The notes beneath the pieces are model-generated. The model saw only the letters and a program-made list of their open reading frames with translations. It was not told where the DNA came from and ran no database searches. This document shows, piece after piece, positions 58,675-64,000 of a stretch of 64,000 bases of DNA; position 1 is the stretch's first letter, and each line of letters begins with the position of its first letter. The translations under genes and the position numbers were made by a program. The stretch comes from Candidatus Kryptoniota bacterium (GTDB lineage: Bacteria; Bacteroidota; Ignavibacteria; Kryptoniales; JAKASW01), in contig JBJKQU010000167.1 in NCBI GenBank assembly GCA_046705025.1, forward strand, positions 26,131 through 90,130, given 5' to 3'.

Positions 58675-60744
58675 CTACCTGACTAGGCTGCCGCTGTCGA
58701 TGTCTGAAGCGGTCGTCAATACGGTCAAATCGCCGTTTTCAGTCGATGCGGCGAGAAGCATTCCGTTGGATTCAAGTCCCATCAGCTTTGCAGGCGCGAG
58801 GTTGGCAACGACAATGATGTTCTTACCGGTAAGGTCTTCCGGTTTGTAGTGTTTCGATATGCCTGCGACAATCTGTCGTTTCTCTTCGCCTATTTGCACT
58901 TCAAGCCGCAGCAATTTCTCGGATTTCGGGACCTTCGCGCAGCTCAGCACCTTACCCACACGGAGATCTACTTTTCGAAAATCGTCTATTGAAATCTGCG
59001 GCTTTATCGGAGGAGTCTCTGTTTTCTTAACCGTCTCCGCCTGCGGGTTATCGCTCGCCGTCTTGCGTATTTCCTCCTCGATGACCGAATCCTCTATCTT
59101 GTTAAACAGTATTTTCAGTCCGCCGATCTGCACGCCGGTCTCGACACGCATTTCAGATGCAGTGTCCCAGCCTGCTGAAGCAGCCGTCCCGTCAAGCTTC
59201 AGCATTTTCCAGATTTCCTCCGACGTGTAGGGGAGAACGGGCGAAAGCAGAACCGCGAGCGACCTGGTCAGCTGCGCGCAGATGTTAATCGTAGTTGCAC
59301 ACTGGTCAGGGTCTTCCTTCCGCGTGCGCCACGGCTCGGAATCGTTGAAGTACTTATTAGCGGTACGGGCAAGCGACATCGCTTCCACTACGCCGTCGCG
59401 AAACCTGAAGTCGGCAAACAGGCTCCCCACGCTCTCCGGCGCCTTCTTCATCCGGTCAATGGCCCACTCGTCCAGCTTCCCCGTCTTGGCCCGGCCGGGG
59501 ACTTTTCCATCGTAATACCGCAGGATAAACTGGAGCGTCCGGTTAACGAAATTCCCGAGCGTGTCGGCCAGCTCGTTATTCACGCGGGCCTGAAAGTCCT
59601 TCCAGTAAAAATCGCTGTCTCTCGATTCGGGCAAGCTAAGTGCGAGCGAGTAACGGAGTGTGTCGGGCGGGAAGACTTCGATGAAATCTTTCAAGTCTAT
59701 TCCCCAACCCCTGCTCTTGGAAAACTTCTTGCCCTCGAAATTCAGAAACTCATTCGCCGGAACGGCATCGGGAAGTATGTAACGCGACTTCCCTCCCATG
59801 TTCCACGCCATGAGTATAGCCGGGAAGATCAGTGTGTGAAATACGATGTTGTCTTTGCCGATAAATGCAATGTAGCGCGTCGCCTCATCCTGCCAATACT
59901 CCTTCCAGAGATCAGGGGTCTCCCTTTTCTGCGAGAGTTCCTTCGTCGATGAGATATAGCCGAGCACCGCCTCGAACCAGACGTAGATGACTTTGTTTTC
60001 ATAGCCCTGCAGCGGGACAGGGATGCCCCAATGGAGGTCGCGTGTGATCGCGCGGTCTTCAAGTCCCTCCTTCAGCCAGCTCTCGACATAACTCCTTACA
60101 TTCTCTTTCCACTTCTTCGAGTCGACATATTTCTCCAATTCCTGCTGGAATCGGCCCAGCGGGAAGTACCAGTGCTTCGTCTCTCTTACTATCGGGGTGG
60201 CCCCGCATATTTTGCACTTCGGATCGATAAGCTGCGTTTGTTCCAGCCATGTGCCGCACTTTTCGCACTGGTCACCGCGCGCCTCGGGACTCCCGCAAAC
60301 AGGGCATGTCCCTTCGACATACCGGTCCGCCAGAAACATCCTGTCCTTCTCGCAATACAGCTGTTTTTCGCTCTTCTCGACGAGTATCTTCTGCCGGTAA
60401 AGCTCAAGGAAGAATTCCTGGCCGGTCTGGTGATGGACCGGAAGTGTCGTGCGGGAGTAATTGTCGAAGCTCATGCCGAACTTCTCGAAGCTCTCCTTGT
60501 TCATGAAATGATACCGGTCCACAATCTTCTGTGGGGATATCCCCTCCTTTTCGGCTGTGATAGTCACAGCGACTCCGTGCTCGTCGGAGCCGCAGATGAA
60601 GATTACGTCTTCGCCCTTTGAACGCAGGTAACGAACGTAAATGTCGGCGGGCAGGTAAGCACCGGCGAGGTGCCCGAGATGGATCGGGCCGTTCGCGTAT
60701 GGAAGTGCTGCCGTAACGAGGGTTCTCGATGTATTGGATTGCAA
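58675..60744 (-). CDS. metG: methionine--tRNA ligase with C-terminal tRNA-binding domain
   Basis: 689-aa ORF; HIGH-type PYANGPIHLGHLAG, Zn knuckles CPVCGSPEARGDQCEKCG, KMSKS-type KFSKSRG, C-terminal Trbp111-like DFRKVDLRVGKV. Confidence 0.96.
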   Translation of the reverse strand: MQSNTSRTLVTAALPYANGPIHLGHLAGAYLPADIYVRYLRSKGEDVIFICGSDEHGVAVTITAEKEGISPQKIVDRYHFMNKESFEKFGMSFDNYSRTTLPVHHQTGQEFFLELYRQKILVEKSEKQLYCEKDRMFLADRYVEGTCPVCGSPEARGDQCEKCGTWLEQTQLIDPKCKICGATPIVRETKHWYFPLGRFQQELEKYVDSKKWKENVRSYVESWLKEGLEDRAITRDLHWGIPVPLQGYENKVIYVWFEAVLGYISSTKELSQKRETPDLWKEYWQDEATRYIAFIGKDNIVFHTLIFPAILMAWNMGGKSRYILPDAVPANEFLNFEGKKFSKSRGWGIDLKDFIEVFPPDTLRYSLALSLPESRDSDFYWKDFQARVNNELADTLGNFVNRTLQFILRYYDGKVPGRAKTGKLDEWAIDRMKKAPESVGSLFADFRFRDGVVEAMSLARTANKYFNDSEPWRTRKEDPDQCATTINICAQLTRSLAVLLSPVLPYTSEEIWKMLKLDGTAASAGWDTASEMRVETGVQIGGLKILFNKIEDSVIEEEIRKTASDNPQAETVKKTETPPIKPQISIDDFRKVDLRVGKVLSCAKVPKSEKLLRLEVQIGEEKRQIVAGISKHYKPEDLTGKNIIVVANLAPAKLMGLESNGMLLAASTENGDLTVLTTASDIDSGSLVR

Positions 60745-60748
60745 TATT

Positions 60749-61765
60749 TCACCGTTGGTGGTTTTGAATCTGGTAGGATTTTATTTCGTTCAAATTCAGC
60801 GACTCGACAACACCCGTATTCTGATATCGCAGGTAAACTCGATAATTGAACACATCCACTTTTTCGATGTAGCCTTCGCCTTTCACAGTCATGATCTTCG
60901 AACTCAGCGGCGGGAATTCTCTCAGCGCGTCAAGGTAGTTATTCAGCTCGAACAGGATACAGCATTTCAATCTTCCGCACGCGCCCGCCAGCCTCGATGG
61001 GTTCAGAGACAGGTTTTGAAACCTGGCATGATCGAGCGTCACGTGCTTGATCTGTGTCATCCAAATCCCACAGCAGACTTCACGGCCGCAAACCCCTATC
61101 GCACCCACCTTCTTCGCCTCATCCCGCGCGCCTATCTGCCTCAACTCAATCCTGGTCCGGTAGACCCCGGCCAGGTCGCGGACGAGCGCCCTGAAATCGA
61201 CTCTAGTGTCGGCAGTAAAGAAGAACGTTATTCTGGAGCGGTCGAACTGGTATTCGACTGCCGTCAGCTTCATGACGAGATTGTGTTTTTGGCATTTCTC
61301 CTTGAAAACCGAGACCGCCTTGTCTTCTATGTTCCGGTTCTCCTCGAGCTGCGCCAGCTCCACATCCTTTGCCGTTCGAAGGACCTTTCTCATCGGTTGA
61401 CCGACAAGTCCCCTGGAACGTCTTTTCCTTCGGACAGTTTCGCCTGTCGAGATGACCGTGCCGAGATCGACTCCCCGGTCCGCCTCCAGAATAATGCGGG
61501 AACCCATGTGTAAAGAACCGTTCGATTCGTTTATATAAAAACCGCTGCGATTTGATTTGAACTCAACTTCAACTATGTCTAGAGAAGCCTCAGGGTTTTC
61601 CAACTCCCCACCGATGGGGTTGGTGCCCGTGGCACAGTCTGCGCAGCTTCCGCATGGTCCCGAGTATCCGGAAACTGGAGTTGCCTCGACCTCTTCGACG
61701 GAAAGCTCAAAATCTCTATCTTCAAGCCCTTCTAAGCCTTCAAAATCGCCTAGATCATTAGACAT
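60749..61765 (-). CDS. PSP1-domain protein (YaaT/RicT-like)
   Basis: 338-aa ORF; PSP1 C-terminal domain pattern including CGRLKCCILFE; conserved position next to holB. Confidence 0.85.
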   Translation of the reverse strand: MSNDLGDFEGLEGLEDRDFELSVEEVEATPVSGYSGPCGSCADCATGTNPIGGELENPEASLDIVEVEFKSNRSGFYINESNGSLHMGSRIILEADRGVDLGTVISTGETVRRKRRSRGLVGQPMRKVLRTAKDVELAQLEENRNIEDKAVSVFKEKCQKHNLVMKLTAVEYQFDRSRITFFFTADTRVDFRALVRDLAGVYRTRIELRQIGARDEAKKVGAIGVCGREVCCGIWMTQIKHVTLDHARFQNLSLNPSRLAGACGRLKCCILFELNNYLDALREFPPLSSKIMTVKGEGYIEKVDVFNYRVYLRYQNTGVVESLNLNEIKSYQIQNHQR

Positions 61766-62897
61766 GACGAGCCTCTTTCTTCTTGTTCAGCAACCCGCTC
61801 AGGTTCAATAACAAATTTACAAAAAGCAATCCTAAATTCACATTTCCATAGACTTGGGCTAATGCATCATCGACGCTATTGGCGGCCTCGATCAAATGAT
61901 CCGTATTGAAACTTGCCGCCATCTTCCTGAGTGTGTCGATCCTGTCCTGATTGATAACCTCTCTTTCTCCACCGAAATGCATGACTGCAACGTCGCGGAG
62001 CCAAATCTGAAGCATCTTGAACAGACTCTCGACCCTCGTGACGTCCTTAGATTCCAGGGCCTTTGCGGCACGGGACGCAAATCTGGAATAGTTGTTCGTC
62101 GCGACATCGCGCAGGACATCGAGTGCCTCATCGCGCAGCTCGAGCGTGTCCGCTTCGATAAGCTCAACAGCCTTGCTGTACGAACCGCCGGCCAGCCTGG
62201 CCTTCAGTTTGGCATCCGAGGGTTCAAGCCCGTACCTGGAAACCAGTTCGTCCGCGATCTCACGCTCAGACAGGAGGTCGAATCGAAGCGACTGGCATCT
62301 CGACACGATAGTCGGAAGGAGTGCACTCGGTTTGCTGGTGGTCAATATGAACACACTTCCCGGATTAGGCTCTTCGAGCACCTTAAGAAGCGCGTTGGCA
62401 GATTCCGTACCCATTTCATCCGCCTGCATGACTATCACTACCCGATAGCCTTGCTGGTAAAGCGACAACGAATCTTCGCGAATCACTTCCCGTATGCTGC
62501 TGATTTTGATTACCTGCGCCTTCGGGATGGAGATGCGATGGTAGGGATCCTGCGCCTTCAGGGAAATTTCCTCCCGGACTCGCTTCATCGTTTTATCGTC
62601 AAGCTTGTCCAACGGACCGTCATCCTTCGTCTCGCTCTCACCTCGCGGGAGGGGAAAGACGAGATGGATATTCGGATGATGCAGCATCCCGGCCTGTCTG
62701 CACGAACTGCACTCCCCGCAGGCTTCAGGGCCGTGCTTCCCGCAGTTCAAGACCTTCGCGAGCTCAATCGCCATCGCGTCTTTTCCGACGCCATCGGGCC
62801 CCTCAAAAAGAAATGCACTCGGTATTTTGCTGGCAGCAAGGACCTGCCGCAAAAGGTCCTTTACCCTATGCTGCCCTATGACACTGTTCCAGCTCAT
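61758..62897 (-). CDS. holB: DNA polymerase III subunit delta-prime
   Basis: 379-aa ORF; AAA+ clamp-loader pattern (AFLFEGPDGVGKDAMAIELAKVLNC), Zn module CGECSSC, SRC-type TIVSRCQ. Confidence 0.85.
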   Translation of the reverse strand: MSWNSVIGQHRVKDLLRQVLAASKIPSAFLFEGPDGVGKDAMAIELAKVLNCGKHGPEACGECSSCRQAGMLHHPNIHLVFPLPRGESETKDDGPLDKLDDKTMKRVREEISLKAQDPYHRISIPKAQVIKISSIREVIREDSLSLYQQGYRVVIVMQADEMGTESANALLKVLEEPNPGSVFILTTSKPSALLPTIVSRCQSLRFDLLSEREIADELVSRYGLEPSDAKLKARLAGGSYSKAVELIEADTLELRDEALDVLRDVATNNYSRFASRAAKALESKDVTRVESLFKMLQIWLRDVAVMHFGGEREVINQDRIDTLRKMAASFNTDHLIEAANSVDDALAQVYGNVNLGLLFVNLLLNLSGLLNKKKEARHV

Positions 62898-64000
62898 CAG
62901 AATGCCTGCCCAATCCCGAAATGGACAACGAGCTGCTTCAAGATTGTCGTCCCGTTCTGCTGGAACATGAATTCTCTGCCCGCCGGCGCGTCGGGGTCGT
63001 AGAACCTGAATCCGAAATCGACCCTCAAGGGAAATCCGAACGATGTGTTGTATCTCAGGCCGAAGCCGACGGCAACGGCGATAGTCTTCAGAGTAATCTG
63101 CTTGTAGCTGTCCCAGAGATTCCCCGCGTCTATGAAGGCTACGCCGCCAAAGTCGCCGATGAGACGATATCTGTCCTCGAAATTCCCCTCTAATAGCGTT
63201 GTGCCTCCATACTCGGGAGATGGAACCTGACCAAGCTCTCTAGTTCTCCAACCGCGTATGCTTCCGGATCCGCCTGCAAAGAACCTGTAGTTCAGCGGGA
63301 TCGGTCCGGCGAGGTTCTGTGCGTAACTCCCATACTCCTGCGCATATCCCACCTTGATCTTCATGGCGTAGACATTCGTTGCGCTCCGGTTCACGGCAAA
63401 GAACCACTTTCCGAGCAGGGTGAACTTCCAGTATTGGGCATAAGGAAAATCGGAATGCTTGAACAGTGAGTGAATCAGATTCGGCAGTACTCCACCCTCC
63501 TCCAGTGTAATAAGATTGAAGGAGCCTGCCGTCGGTGAGGAGAGGTAATTTGTCTTGTCGCGCTGAAGCGTGAACGAAAATATCGAGTTGAACTGCGGAG
63601 TTTCCAGACCGGGCGGCAGCGGAATCGCCTGAAGTGAATCGACCTTCGCACGCTCGATGTCCCAGTCCAGGTAGCCTGTCGTATACTTGGCGAGCCTGTC
63701 GCTGACACGCACCCTGTTCCTCATGACCAGCTGAAGGTATGGCTTCTCCTTGTCGACCAGAAACGAGAGGCCCCAGCTAAGACTTGTCGAATTCGACCAG
63801 AGGTACGGCTGGGTGAGCTGGGCGGTGGCATCGATTCTTCCAACTGAGACGGTGTCATTCAGCACCTTTGAGCTGAAAGTAACCAGACGAAACGACTGGA
63901 GCAGGAGGCTGGTATTTACACTCAGTAGGCGTGCATCCCCGAGAAAATCTCGATGAAGATAGCCGAGCCCGCCGCCGAAGTTGAAGGCATTGTTTTCGTC
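62897..64000 (-). CDS. Omp85/BamA-family outer-membrane beta-barrel protein (5' end outside the window)
   Basis: The reading frame stays open from 63865 to the window edge (translated by hand: DENNAFNFGGGLGYLHRDFLGDARLL...); C-terminal barrel ends in an aromatic residue (GIGQAF). Confidence 0.75.
   Translation of the reverse strand, partial: DENNAFNFGGGLGYLHRDFLGDARLLSVNTSLLLQSFRLVTFSSKVLNDTVSVGRIDATAQLTQPYLWSNSTSLSWGLSFLVDKEKPYLQLVMRNRVRVSDRLAKYTTGYLDWDIERAKVDSLQAIPLPPGLETPQFNSIFSFTLQRDKTNYLSSPTAGSFNLITLEEGGVLPNLIHSLFKHSDFPYAQYWKFTLLGKWFFAVNRSATNVYAMKIKVGYAQEYGSYAQNLAGPIPLNYRFFAGGSGSIRGWRTRELGQVPSPEYGGTTLLEGNFEDRYRLIGDFGGVAFIDAGNLWDSYKQITLKTIAVAVGFGLRYNTSFGFPLRVDFGFRFYDPDAPAGREFMFQQNGTTILKQLVVHFGIGQAF

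Overview
The window is 64 kb of a diderm bacterial chromosome. LPS and outer-membrane genes (lpxL-like, GT9 heptosyltransferase, BamB-like lipoprotein, Omp85 barrel) and a sigma-54-dependent regulator are present. No rRNA, CRISPR array, transposase or integrase was seen, and lineage cannot be assigned from the sequence alone. All calls come from reading motifs in the supplied ORF translations and the DNA; no searches were run.

Most of the window is housekeeping:
- pth-ctc-prs, tRNA-Gln and hflX
- a B12 adenosyltransferase and a YgfZ/GcvT-family protein
- a near-complete haem cluster: hemX-like, hemA, hemC, hemD, hemE, hemH, hemY, hemB and hemL
- tsaC, ligA, lexA-dinB, metG, a PSP1/RicT-like gene and holB

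Accessory or unusual content:
1. The main candidate system is a seven-gene plus-strand operon (12165-19281). A Qrc/alternative-complex-III-like periplasmic module (pentahaem cytochrome c, Tat-exported molybdopterin-family subunit, 4-cluster ferredoxin, ~10-TM NrfD subunit) is bracketed by three cytoplasm-facing proteins. Two of these carry glycine-cleavage-H-fold domains without the lipoyl lysine plus 4-Cys modules. All three share an [ST][ML]ADGG motif.
2. An adjacent translationally coupled operon encodes a histidine kinase with a periplasmic CxxCH, a textbook archaemetzincin and a sigma-54 NtrC-type regulator. A candidate sigma-54 promoter and palindrome lie upstream of the redox operon.
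3. A type II R-M pair sits in a visibly more AT-rich insert.
4. A frameshifted DUF4258-like toxin with an intact small partner gene lies inside the haem cluster.
5. A stand-alone B12-binding domain gene is coupled by an ATGA overlap to an atypical methyltransferase.
6. A GIY-YIG ORF starts 5 nt after tRNA-Gln.
7. Several unexplained repeats and palindromes are listed in the findings.
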